Assembly (NCBI GenBank): GCA_010093705.1
Contig: MU006099.1
Span: 62,001-126,000, forward strand
Source of the DNA: Patellaria atrata CBS 101060
Taxonomy: Eukaryota
DNA: 64,000 nucleotides
Direction: 5' to 3'
Shown here one piece after another: positions 51,782 to 64,000 of this stretch (its first letter is position 1; every line of letters starts with the position of its first letter). The position numbers were made by a program, and so were the translations under genes. Below the pieces are notes generated by a model, which saw only the letters and a list, made by a program, of their open reading frames with translations, was not told the DNA's origin and ran no database searches.

Positions 51782-53717
51782 TTCTCGGGTGACGTAGCCC
51801 GCACGGCCCCTCTGTACTCACTCTTTGAACAAGTTCTAGTCTTTACCTTATACTCCAAGGCTTACTTCTCCTCCACCAGCAATACCATCACATCTCAGCA
51901 GCATCTGACATTGAGACTCCATGCGCCGTTGTTTGGGATGAGTAAAGATTAGTACTTCACGTCTGGAACTCTCGGGTTCGTCGGTGTGCTACGGCATAAG
52001 TGGTGAGGAGACTACTTACGTACTTTGTACTGCAAGATTTTCTCTAGACGCCATAAAACTTCCACCTCTCGCAAGCAAAATGTATCCTTGGACCTGATAC
52101 CTCAAGAAGATATATAACAGTGTCCGCCGCTTTAGATGGGGTAGAATTTCAGACGGTATTGGTATATCACTTCAGCTGGAAGTCAGCAGGCAGAACGAAT
52201 GTGCCATCCTCTCTAAGATCATACCGAGGAACACAATAACCAGCACTATAGGCACAGTATCATCGTATCCTACAACATTGAGCGCACAATGCTACTCACT
52301 TATAGTCACGCGTTCAGTGAAGTATGCTCAAAGTGCAGAAGGGGTCCTTTCCCCCAAGAGCATCTGCCTTGGGAATATATACTCATTATATGGTAATGAA
52401 ATACTGATCAATCAACAGAGGTACCGTACGTACGTAAGATGCTGTCAGGAAGATCATGGGAACCCGGAATCCTAGGTAGAGTCTTACTTAGGGTGACAAG
52501 CATGATGCTATAACAGGCAAGTTTTCTGAATGCTTTCATTGTTTGGATTTAGGGGGGACTGTCACCCTCAAATGACCCTAAACGGGTTTTCCATGCGATA
52601 ATGTACCAGTTATGTCATCTCGATTTCTACTCTCTCTCTCTGAACTTTGGCACTCTATTTCACGTGAGTTAATGCTTACCACGAACCGTATGATACGGCC
52701 GTAACATGTCCTACCCCTGAGAAATATTTTACTTCCTTTTCATGTAACACACATAGTCAGAGCAGCTGCACATTTGCAATTGGTTCAACTTATCTATTCA
52801 AATTACATCATCCGTCTTTGGTGTTGTGATACAAAAGTCAGTGTAACATGACTCAACATCTATGAAAAGGTCAAACGTAAACAAGCCGTGCCAAGGTCTC
52901 TTGTTGCAAGAATCTCTCGCCTTAGAAGATTTTTCTCTCGGAAGCTGCTCACCGACTACAATCCTTCCTTAAATACAGGACGTGGAATCACTTAGTCCCG
53001 TGATTTCACAAGAGCATCTCTTGTATGAACAGTTGGTTACCGGCACAAGTGAGCCTTTGCATATGTCTCTTTTTCGTCTTGTCCAAGACCTTCAGTTCAA
53101 TTCGACCCAATGGTCCTTCCATATGTATATCCATCCGCCCTGGCGGCGATACTCCTTCCAAGCTCACTTCAATCTCATGTAGTGCCTGAACGGCGAGGCC
53201 GGATCCTTCCACATAAGCAGACGCATTTATGAGGACGTCTTGTTGTCATTCTAGGGGCATCACTCTCGTTAATCTCGGATTACTAAAAGGTGATTTGCAA
53301 TCCAACAAAGATAATGTAGTTGTTACAGTAAAGGTGAGATGCTATCATTGGTCTCAAATGCGGCTGAAACTGTTGAGAATCATAAATGTTACGTGCGTAA
53401 TATGAAGTAGACTGGGCTGAACGACGCAGAGAGACTGGGAACTCGAGTCATACTTGTGGGAAATGCTGATTTTCAATCCATGCCGTCAACATCATGAAGG
53501 ACCTCAATTTACGGGAGCGGTGTAGCTCGTTCGGTGTACTCCAAGTTCCGCATCCTCAAAGTCAGGACGGAAGAGATTGGTCTTTCTGTACCACGAATAT
53601 AAATTCACCCAAATATCCTCACCATTTCTCATCAGCAGCTCATCCAGTAAGCACTTCACTCTTCACCCAAGCATCTCAAACCTCATCACCAAACTTCACC
53701 ATACCTTAGCATCCACC

Positions 53718-54149
53718 ATGCGCTTCATCTCTTTCTCCGCTGTGGCCTCGGCCCTTCTCTTGATCTCCACCGCAAGCGCGGGCTGCTACACCAGCGGTGA
53801 CACCTGGGACGACGTCAACAACGCGAAGTACCACGTCGAGGGGATCTGCCGAGAATGGTCTTCCGGCGCGACCGGGTCCGGCACGACGAGGACTTCTTGC
53901 AAAGACGGCAGATCCAGCGCGCAGCACTACGACTATCTGCTCTACAATCAGGGCTCCAGCAGGACCGTCCCCTTCGGGGATTGCGTTACGGGACTGACGA
54001 AGGAGATTGGAGGATGCTCGCGCGGCGGCGAGAGTTGCGAGAATAGTTGGTGCTATAGGTGAGTTTCCCCTTTAGGAATTTGTGGGCTGGGGATTCGTGG
54101 GTGGGCACTGATGTTTGCTAGGTCCGACCCCAATGCGGGAATGTGCTAG
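53718..54149 (+). CDS. Small secreted protein, 8 Cys, 122 aa, resembling Y3-like glycan-binding proteins
   Basis: Signal peptide MRFISFSAVASALLLISTASA, then GCYTSGDTW...C..GLTKEIGGCSRGG...WCYRSDPNAGMC*. Intron 54059-54121. Confidence 0.85.
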
Positions 54150-54990
54150 AGGGACTTTGAAGTAACTCGTAGATTGTGGAGAAGGGGTGCGGAGGACCCA
54201 CTTTATACTGTCGTTACCACGTCGATTGGAATTGGATGGAGGGTGCAGAGGAACTCACTTATACTGTCTTTACCACGGAAATTGGGAATGGGGTGTCATT
54301 TTACGCGTCAAAAGAAGGACAGATTTTGATTGTGACTGTTGAGGCTGGGATGTCGACGGATCCGTGTGGATGTCTAGCTTCGATCATAAAATTCTTGCTC
54401 CCATGATGTTCAACTTCAAGTAACGCTTCCTTTTGCTGGATTGACATATACATGCGTATCACAACTCCATCCACTTCGAAGCTACGAATATCAATCTCCA
54501 GCTTTTACTAAAGTGAATTTCCTTATCACCTACCAAATCACACGTTAGTAGATTCTCTCACCTGAAACCCGCATCTGTAAATTGACTCCCGAGACTACTG
54601 TATCCTTAGGCCTTCCATAGATAGGGGAATATCATCAGCTGTTGTGCACGGCCGTAACAGAATCAAATATTAGATAATCCTCTCCTAAGATCTCCGTCGA
54701 TGAAGTTACAAATGATACAGTACTTCCCTCGCTAATGCTGTAGTTGCGAACTTTTGTGTGTTAGGGGTTGAAGGGGGTTTTTGCTTTGGAAGAGTCTATG
54801 TGGTTATGATGTTGGGTGTTTTGGATAAATTTCTGGTGTTACTTTAGACGTGTAGGATTAAAAGTTGATTCTCTCTCATTTTCCTTATTCGAAAGATCTG
54901 ATGTTGAGCTTTATCAGGATTGTGGTTTAAGATCTGATAACCTCCTTTCGGTCCGAAAGCTTGGTGGTAACACGCGCCCCTGGACCACCG

Positions 54991-54996
54991 ACGCGT
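54991..54996. promoter_or_regulatory. MCB element (ACGCGT) upstream of NSE2
   Basis: Perfect ACGCGT ~85 bp before the ATG, with ACGCGC at 54972. This fits a DNA-repair gene. Confidence 0.4.
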
Positions 54997-55080
54997 CTTC
55001 CTAAATCCCTCGTCCCAATTTCATGTTCTGAAATCTATATCCTATAATATATACCGATTTCCCAGCCCCACTCACACATA

Positions 55081-56489
55081 ATGTCTTCAAAGCCACGTCA
55101 ATCTGGAAGACCTTCGTCCGCGCAACGTAGACATATACTAACATCCCAATCTTCGCAAACAGCGCTTCCAGCGTACCAACCGCCAGCCCACTCCCTAAAC
55201 CCTGCCGGCCAACGAGCTCTGGATGGTCTTCATCAGACTCATTCTTTGCGAAAACTTCAACAACACCAACAAGCGGCGCATACAGCTATTAGTGATGCAG
55301 CGTACCAGATCAATGAGCGCTATGCGCTGCAGAAAGAGCGGGAGAAGAAAGCAGTCGTAAAGCGGCGACAATCTGGTTCTCGGCCTACAGAAACGGACAA
55401 CAGGAGATCAGAGCAGACCGAGGAGATGAGAGAGTCCGTCGAACAGATGACCATTCAGATGGAAGAAGCTGTGCGCAAACTGGTAGACGCACAGCGTGCT
55501 GCCATTGCTATTGAGAATGGGTTATCCGCTGTCTCGAATCAGTCGGCATCCCAAGTACTACAGAATACCCAGTCGCAGAGACATCGACCTGTAGATGCGG
55601 ATGGTGATGATGATATGACAGATTTTGATCCCACGGATCCAGCGGCTGGGAATCAAAGTCAAGCCCCCCCTGCATTTGCTCCTAGTGAGGCTTTCAGGCA
55701 TCATCTTCGGGATGATAAGCAACGGTATCAGTCTCGGTCGTACACTACTAGATACGCCGAGAATAATGACTATAAGAATTTCCGCCGTCTAGTATGGGCT
55801 GCACAGCATCCCTCGGATGATCCACCCCCCATGCCAAACGCAAATACTTGGTTCCCGAACAGAGGTTCACCAGCCCCAGGAACCACCATGATACTAACTC
55901 AAGGTAATGGAGAAGATGCTGATTCAGACGATGACATGGTCGTTATGAGATCGAAGGTCTCCACGAAATGTCCTCTAACGCTCATGGAATTTAGTGATCC
56001 TGTCAGTAGCCTAAAATGTCCACACACGTTTGAAAGAAGTGCGATTACGAGTTTGATTGAGGGTAGCGATGTGGATGGGATGGGAAATCGCAGAAGACCT
56101 CTACGAAATCAGGATAAGGCTGTTAGGTGTCCTGTTCCTGGGTGCTCGAAGGTTCGTCTTGAATTTCCTACTCACCCTTATATGAAGACCTACTCAGAGA
56201 CTGACCTGTACAGACAATCATGTTGGCCGATTTACACGCTGATCAGGTCATTATTCGCCAAATTCGACGTGTTCAGGATTCACGAAACAAGGGAGAGGAG
56301 TCAGACGAGGATGAGGGCGCTGCACCCGAGTCTGTCGATGGGAATGATGAGGCTCCACCGTCTACGTTTAGGACTGTTGCGCCTAAGGTAGAAAGTAGTG
56401 CGCGATCTAGGGTTCATAGTACTGCGTCTGGCGGTGCACCACCACGCTCTACACAGGTAATAGATCTGGGTGGGAGGGTCTCAGAGTAA
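55081..56489 (+). CDS. NSE2: Smc5/6 complex SUMO E3 ligase Nse2/Mms21
   Basis: SP-RING motif KCPLTL..FSDPV...KCPHTFERSAI...CPVPGC and a coiled-coil N-terminus. Intron 56152-56213. Confidence 0.88.
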
Positions 56490-56773
56490 AGGGTGAGCAG
56501 ATATATACCTATATTAGTATTTATAGACATATATTCACATTCCTACTAAACTACATGAAGATGAAGCACTCATACCTTTGTTCCGAGTACGTTCAAGTCA
56601 TGATCAAGGTCGTCTTATATCCCATTACTTCTTACTACCAGCGATCACGGAGGCCAAGTTATGAATGAGGTTGAAATAGTCGATGCACTGTATATCACTT
56701 GAGCTGCAACCCTTAGACCACTTAAAATACTATACTATACTTAAATGTATATTTACCCGAATATCTCCGGTAT

Positions 56774-56804
56774 TTATCAGATGATCTGATAAAATTACTG
56801 ATAA
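56774..56804. promoter_or_regulatory. Inverted pair of ATCTGATAA GATA sites plus a third GATAA
   Basis: TTATCAGAT-G-ATCTGATAA (56774-56792) and CTGATAA (56798-56804). The pair matches the ATCWGATAA consensus of SreA/Sre1 iron-responsive GATA factors. Confidence 0.4.
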
Positions 56805-58122
56805 TCTAAAAGGTTGACCAAAGCAATCAAACGGGAAGATTTCATTCCTCCATACTTCCATAGCAACATCTCTCCTTTTGCCCTCCTTTACTCACATCAT
56901 CTACTCAACAGACACCCATCCAAATTTTTGGAGGCAACCCAAAGGTGTCCGTACACCTTCTGCAGCTACTCCCATGAATCCGCTCTACTATTGGGCGCTG
57001 AGCCCTGTGAACAAAGGGTAAATTCAGCGAATAAGAGGAACTTTCTCCGCATCGCATTAAATTCTAGCTCTAGGATTCACATGCAACTTGACCGCTGAAA
57101 CTTGAAGGTGAAATGCAGGCGTATCCTGCATGGACTTGACGACCATTTTTCTTCTCTGCATCGTCCACGAGTTGTTCCTGTAGCACTACACCAACCGCAT
57201 GTCATCCGAGAATGGGAATTTGGCGAATCCTCGTCGATAACCGACTTACAGATAATATCTTTAGCCCAGGTATCGGTATATAATTCGAACTTCACGTGGG
57301 AGAAGTGACGCCGGGAAAAGGTGGAGTTTCGTCCATCTATTTCGGCTCTTGTGTATTTGGAAACGTGGAGCGGGAATGGTTCTTGGAAACGTCTTGTATC
57401 AATTTATGGCATGTTTGATGAATATTGCCGGCTTTCTTTGACTGGAGTGGCGAGAGGGGCAAGGGATGAATTGTCTATCACCATCGCAATGTGGAGAATC
57501 CCTGTCCATTTTTTAATCTCCTACTTTTCCTTAATCCAAAGTTCACTTAACTGTCTTTTTCTTGCACTTTTCATAACCTGAACCTTCCTTGGCAGGACGT
57601 CGATAAAACACCCTTCATATTAAGAGACCGCGATACATATTTGATCCAAGAAGTCGTAAATCGTCACAGGACGACCTATCTTGCGGCCTCGTCATTATGT
57701 TTCCTGGGCACAACGGACTACAAGGTCTTCTCACTGGCTCTCGGGACTTTATTTCATCAATCGACTGTCTTGTATCCCGGCTAGAGTTCTGCTGTCAATA
57801 TCAACCGCCACTAGGTTGATGCCATGAGCCCATGATGTCGTCGAGAGCAAAGTCCGTATTATCAATGTCATTCGATCTGGGTCCCCCGCTTCAATTAAGG
57901 ATCTTGACTATGAACCGGCTTAGGACTGGATGCGGAGACGCTTTCCTGTCTTGGAACTAAAACTTGAAGGAAAGAACGGACAAAGGCTGTCATGGAGGGA
58001 TCACGACTGCTTTAATAAGATAGATCTGTGCCTGACGCAACTCGCATTTCTTCTCTGCAGGGCCGCGAGAAGAATCATCTCTCCACCAAAATTCTTCGTT
58101 GTTGCGGCTTCAAATCTTGATA

Positions 58123-59735
58123 ATGGCTCCAATACGTTCTCTCTTATCAGGAATCATGGCCGTGGGGATGCTTCTGCTCCCTTCGGTCGTTGCACAATGT
58201 CAAAACATCAATCCCGCAAATCCTGTCACTATGGCTTCTGGTTACCAATCTAGGGTTATCTTGAACGGACTCAGGACCCCGCGTGGTATCATATTCGACA
58301 ATGAAGGAAACTTGTTGGTCGTGGAGCAGGGTGGTGCTGGTGTGAGATATATCAAGTTGACAGACAACGGCGGTATCAACGTTTGTGTCCAGTCGAGCAA
58401 ACAGTTGATCAATGATGCTGCGGTAAGCACTTTTCGAAATCTCATGTGAGCTGGTCGACGGGCATGTAAGAGTGCCAAGGAGATGAGGAACTTCCTATTG
58501 CAATAGCTTCTATGTTCATAATTCTGGTATCATCGGGATTTTCGGCTTATGATAATGCTTCTGTTACACCACGAGGTGTCTCATTGTACTTACAAATTCA
58601 TGTTCTGTACCCTAAGCTGACAGCACCATAGTTGAACCATGGCATCGCCCTCTCCGTCGACGGAAAGACTCTCTTCGTTTCTAGCAGAGAATCAGTCTTC
58701 TCCTACCCATACGATGGTGTTGCAGGCACTGTTGGGACCAGAAAGACACTCATCAGTGGCATGTCTCAATCTGGTGCTCACTTGAGCCGTACTCTTCTCA
58801 TTCCGAGAAGCAGTCCAGACACCCTGCTGGTGTCTCGTGGCTCTCAAGAGAACATTGATCAAGCTACAAACCAAATCAGCGGTGGTCGTAGTATGATTCG
58901 CATGTTCAGCATCTCTCAGATTAGCAATAGCCCCGTTCAGTACACCACTGGTGGTGAGCTTCTAGGTTGGGGATTGAGAAATAGTGTCGGTGTTGGCGAA
59001 AACCCAGCTGATGGTGGAATCGTAAGTTTATCCATTCCTCACTTCACAATTCTCGCCAGGAAGTACCTCTAACGGTTACAACTAGTGGTCCGTCGAAAAT
59101 AGCGTCGATGACATGCGCCGCCTCAATCAAGACGTCCATAACGATAATCCCGGCGAGGAGCTCAACTATCACGGCATCCTCAACGACACCGCTTCTCCCG
59201 AACGCGGTGGAAATTACGGCTACCCTAAGTGCTTTGCCGCCTGGAACCCCAACGGCCTCCCCTCGAACCAGAACATCAGAGTCGGCACCCAGTTCCTGAT
59301 GGGCAGTCCTTCGGGCTCAGACACCGATGCCATGTGCGCGAATGACCGTATCGCACCGAGGCTCACCTTCCCAAGTCACACAGCACCACTAGACGTGAGG
59401 TTCAAGGCGGACGGCAGCGCCGCATTTATTTCCTTCCACGGAAGCTGGTGCGTCAAACCCCCTCCCATATCCTAAATATTTGTTACTGACTTTGTGATCA
59501 TAGGAACCGTCAACCCCCTGATGGTTACCGTCTCTCCCGCATCGAGTTCTCCGCCGGTCAGCCCCGCGAGCCGCCTACCAGCACCACCGCCGCGGTCAAC
59601 ATCATGTGGAACGCGAATAACGCCAATTGCCCTTATCGCTGCTTCAGACCCGTCGGCCTCGCGTTCGATAGAACCGGTAGGTTGTTCATGACGAGCGATC
59701 AGTCTAATGAGATTTTCGTCATCACGGGGGCTTGA
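58123..59735 (+). CDS. Secreted soluble quinoprotein glucose/sorbosone dehydrogenase (AA12-like PQQ beta-propeller)
   Basis: Signal peptide plus motifs GLRTPRGI, LNHGI, SRGS.ENID, GWGLRNSVG, WSVENS.D, NPGEELN, YGYP.C, HTAPLD, FHGSWNR and CFRPVGL. Exons 58123-58422, 58632-59021, 59086-59447 and 59504-59735. Confidence 0.92.
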
Positions 59736-60700
59736 GAGATGGAAAACGATTGGAGATTATGGTAGTAGATAGTAAAGATTATATAGAATAAATATTTTGA
59801 TACTGGTAATTTGTGCTGCTTGTTCACCGATGACATTTTTTTTTAGTGAGATTAGACACGCTACCCCCCCGGGGTCTCCATTGGACACAATCCCCAAAAA
59901 TCAGTTGTGCAGAACAATCGAAATCTAAGTAGGTAAATATTTTCATCACACGCTTTTCTTAAATATTTTATACTTTCCATTTTAACGGTAGCGGGAAAAG
60001 GCGGCGTTTAAGAACATCAGATGGTTATGGGCGGATAGTTTACTTATTTGCTATCTACGGGTGTGTACAGTACACCGGTACTCTCATCCTACACCAACTA
60101 CCTAAAAGAACTTTCTTCATCCACCAGTCCATCCACATATCTTCATCCTTCCTTCCCGAACGCAATACCCAAGCCTCATTTTGCTACTAAACCTAAACCT
60201 AGGCCTAAGCTGAAGCCTCCGAGAAGAAAGGATGAGGTTTCCCGCCTCCACTAGGACTGAACACGTACGCAGAGTGTTATTTGTCGTGTTGTACCCGTGC
60301 GAGAGAAGAGAAGAGAAGAGATCTTCGGATGTCCACCGCAGCGCACTTCTATGCGGCCGGTAATCCCCTTTGTTGTCGGAACTTTCATGGTTCGAATAGG
60401 CGGTATGCCATATTAAGGAATGCACGAACCCGGGAAGACGAGAGGTGGGTCCCTTTCCGACCTCTTTGTATGATGGGTGTTTTATGGCCTTATAAGAAGC
60501 GAACGTATATTGAAGTTGACCCGACGGCATAATTGGGGGGTAGTAAGCTGCTCGCAGAGTCCAACTCTGGGCCGAATAGAAGAGACGCTGCCTTTATCGA
60601 GGAAGAAGCTGAGGGAAGAGAGTAGCGCTTTCTCGACCTCCCTCATTCCCTAGTAACTTGTCTCCTCGTTTCTACTCTGCTATGCGACCGTCGTCACAGG

Positions 60701-60870
60701 ATGAACATCCTGCATCGTCATGAAATGCGTGTATTCGTCCATGACTTCAGTATCACAGCTTGTACTAAGAATATCTTCGTTTCTTTCGGGTATCTAGCCT
60801 TCGGCACCCAAGACCCACAGATTCATGGACGTCCTGAATTGTCATGAAATGCGTGTATTCGTCCATGACT
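60701..60870. repeat. Direct repeat, two ~46-bp copies with an identical 30-bp core
   Basis: GTCATGAAATGCGTGTATTCGTCCATGACT occurs at 60717-60746 and 60841-60870. Confidence 0.85.
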
Positions 60871-63800
60871 CCGCTTCTCGTGCGACGGGTCACCGACAAT
60901 AAAAGCTTAGGTCGGACCAAAGCTTTTCAAATTTCGGGGTAGCAACAAATCTTCTGAGATGACCGCTTGTGGGGTAGTGCGTTGTTGAAGAAGGGGAAAA
61001 AAGAATATTGTGTCACTTTAGAAATGATACTGTGGGAAGGAAGACGAGAGAGCTCTTCCGGCTTCAGGATGGTAAAAATCGAAGAGCAGATTTTGGTCTA
61101 GTTTCGGCCCAGATCTCCACAATGGGTCTCGTTTTATCCAATAGTATACTCATACTTCACTCCCATCTGCGTGTGACGGATTGAGCAGGGCAGATTCCTT
61201 ATGATTAGAACTGTAGGGTAAGATAAAACCATCGTAGAACTTGCACTAACATTTGGCGAAGTGCGAATCTAGACGAAGTTGGAGTATTTGTCTGTTGGGT
61301 GTATCCAATTGTATACCTTTGTAGTAACGATGTGGATCCATTACTTAGAAACGTGATCTGTTGATGCCTAATGGTCAGCAAAGTGATCTTGCTTGCCCAG
61401 ACCGTACGGCTATATAGTATATTGAATGAGGATCTGAAGAAGTTGTATAATATAAAGAGTCAATAATAAGAGTACTTACGGGTATAGTATTTTTTTTTTT
61501 TTGACGTTGAAGAAATAAACAAGAGAAGAATGCGAGGTAAGAGTGGATTGATTTTGTGGCAGAACCGCACTAGCGCCTTTTCAGTACTTTGCGTTGGAAG
61601 CGCAAAACTGCCTTGTGGCCGTGTAGTGTTTGTATAGCCTTGTAGTAATATCAGAGCCGAAGCTATGGGATGAGAAGGTGATCCAGAATGCGAGAAGGGA
61701 TCACACTGTTCACTCTCTAGAGAACCTTCGATCCATGCCACCAAAACTGTCATATGAGTGGGCTTTTGCATCTACCCATCTCTTGGGTCAAAAACTTGCG
61801 AGTAGGGCTAAATGAAGAGCAAATCGAAGCTGCGAAGGGGATAATAACAACTGAGAGAATAGAGAGAGTATAGACGTGCGTTGTTGCTAGGCAGATTTGA
61901 AGTGTTGCGAAGTGGTTGAAGTTGAAAACGAAGCAGTGAAAAACGCGTAAGAGGGGTAGACCGGTGAGATTTTGCGGAAGGTGTTTCTTTTGGAGTCGCA
62001 CGTGAAGCGACAGGGGTTGTAGAGGAAAGGTAGATGTTTCTAGAGCCTCTCAGGAGTCGAGTAGGGCAGCCTGTAGTACTGTACATACCCAACCGGCCGG
62101 GGGAGTGCAAACATTGACCGTCTCTTCTCACTCCGACTTCAGTCTCATATAAAAACAGAATATTCTTACTCTATATGGCTCCTTTGTGCAGTCTGCTAAT
62201 CAGAGCCTTTAAGTATTACCTTATGTTGAGTTGTTGACGCTCTAGGTCACAGCAGACATATCTCTAATTCAATCTCCCCTCTTCACCCGGAACCCTCGCA
62301 AACGTCAGGTATGACACGATACTGCATACTCCACAAGGTACTATATGAATTCTACACCGCGAGACTGTCTCCAAAGTTTTGTTACACCATTGGTCAGAAC
62401 TTCTGTTTATGTTGGGCGTATATTGCCGTCTCCACGTTTCGGAGAAAACCAGAGAAGAGGCCTAAGGAACTTCGCATTGACTGGGCTGTAGTGGGGATAA
62501 TAATTAGAATGAAAGAGATATCCGCTGGCGAGAGCTCGAGAGAAGGGAGATAGTCCTGAGAATAGCGCTTCTTAAATATACCTTCCTCGGAAGCCTTTCA
62601 TGCTACGCAGCGTATACCTGGTTATAACCGTCAGCCAGTATTGCCAGCACGGTCCTATGTTATACTTAATGAACCAGTGTAATATCATGGTATACTAAGG
62701 GTTATTACCCATCCATCAGGTAGACATCTCTCGATTGATAACCTACGGGAGAGTCTTAACCATCCAGAACTTTTTTTTTCACCATAGAACTTCCTTTTCC
62801 ACTTATAGCAAGCGTACTCATCATTTAGAACAACTTAGATAAGACTTCCCTCGCTGCTAAATGCCTGAAACTTTGCTAACTCTATCATTTGTAGCAGAAA
62901 ATCGCACATTTACATATATTTGCGCCCTTCAGGTGAACTATATCTATCGAACAGCTTACAAGCGCAACCGAATATGTCAAGAAGGTGAATTGCAGCTAGA
63001 AATATGGGACCTTGGGTTAACTGAACAGAATGGGAGTAATTAGAGCAGGTCCCGATTTGGGGGCTAATGTGCGCTGTATGTGATTTGTATCATCATGAAC
63101 AACAAAGCAGAAGGTTTAGAAAATTTTGATATAATACAAGAGCCATCGCGGTACCCGTCCTCATATAGTGCTGTTCGTGGACCGGGTCTCCGGGAAGAGG
63201 TCCCCTGGCGTTGGAGTTCTGGGGCCATGGCGGCAGAGTATGGGATGACTGATTTCTTGTGGACAGGGAGCAAGGAAACTAGAGTTATATATTACCTGTA
63301 TTATGGTCATAGGGGAGTGTTTATAAGTAGAGGTATATCAAAGCCTTATCTTACTATTACCTTGCGGCCAGTCAGGAGTAGACCAGGAGAATAAGTGCGA
63401 AGCGGAGTTCTCGCAATGGATATATGCACTTTCCCACCATCGAATGAAAGAACTTTCAGAGCTGTATATTCCTGTCATATCCAGATGATTCGGTAGGTAT
63501 CTGCTGATATCAGGATTGACAACAACTGTGCTCTGAGTTCAATCGACCAATCATTGTAGTATAAGCTCCTTTAGGGCGACCTCATCCAACCACTAGGCTT
63601 GTAAAGCCATGATTCATGAGGACAAATATATATTCGCCAAAAGTCTATAAATGATAATAATCTTTACCAACACACAACTTGATCCGAAGTTTCCCTACCC
63701 CTGAAACCCCTAAGCCCAAAGCCAAACCAAGCAAACATGCGCCCTAACACTTAAAGCTTGAGCGAAAAAGTCGTGGCTAACTAAAACACTATTCCGTACA

Positions 63801-64000
63801 AAACGAAGGACTTGCATCAAAAATAACAACACCAATTTGAAAGATAGAAGACTCAAACTCGCAGGATATGTTGGAAATACTCTAAACTACGTGATCCCCA
63901 GGTTTGAATTTATTCAGAGCATTTCTTGTGGTGTTGTTATCGTCACTAGTATTTTGGTTGGCCACGACTTTTTCGACCAAGCCTTGACCCCTGCACACCC

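Noticed and set aside
60717..60870. CRISPR-like palindromic repeat
   Set aside because: There are only two copies, the 94-bp spacer is too long, the context is eukaryotic, and no cas genes are present.
61460..61900. Signal-peptide-like minus-strand segment (ACG-HVYTLSILSVVIIPFAAS) and downstream ORF
   Set aside because: There is no ATG, the frames are discontinuous, and no family is recognisable. At most it is a decayed gene.
63690..63750. Telomere-like CCCTAA fragments (also ~25596-25605 and ~60186-60210)
   Set aside because: These are isolated degenerate hexamers in skewed sequence, with no tandem array or TER-like context.

Overview
Gene-dense genomic DNA from a filamentous ascomycete (Pezizomycotina). 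GT-AG introns carry CTRAC branch points and the standard genetic code is used. Recognisable intron-containing genes are ABD1, MEU1, RPN7, ALT1, an MFS transporter, a PAP2/DPP1-type phosphatase, MED7, IKS1, RIC8, RIF1, glucose-6-phosphate 1-epimerase, an intronless mannitol dehydrogenase-type SDR, a second SDR, NSE2/MMS21 and an AA12-like PQQ dehydrogenase. There are also two small secreted Cys-rich proteins, an intronless nucleoside-phosphorylase-like gene, several decayed genes and a ~500 bp MITE-like inverted-repeat element. The most notable signal is in the ORF-free gap at ~41.3-43.3 kb. On the minus strand it shows the order and spacing of a fungal telomerase RNA (template, long-range pseudoknot, CR4/5 three-way junction with P6.1). 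Its best template candidate predicts a non-canonical 16-nt telomere repeat, TTAGGGTCAGGACTAC. All calls come from manual reading of the sequence; no searches or folding programs were run.
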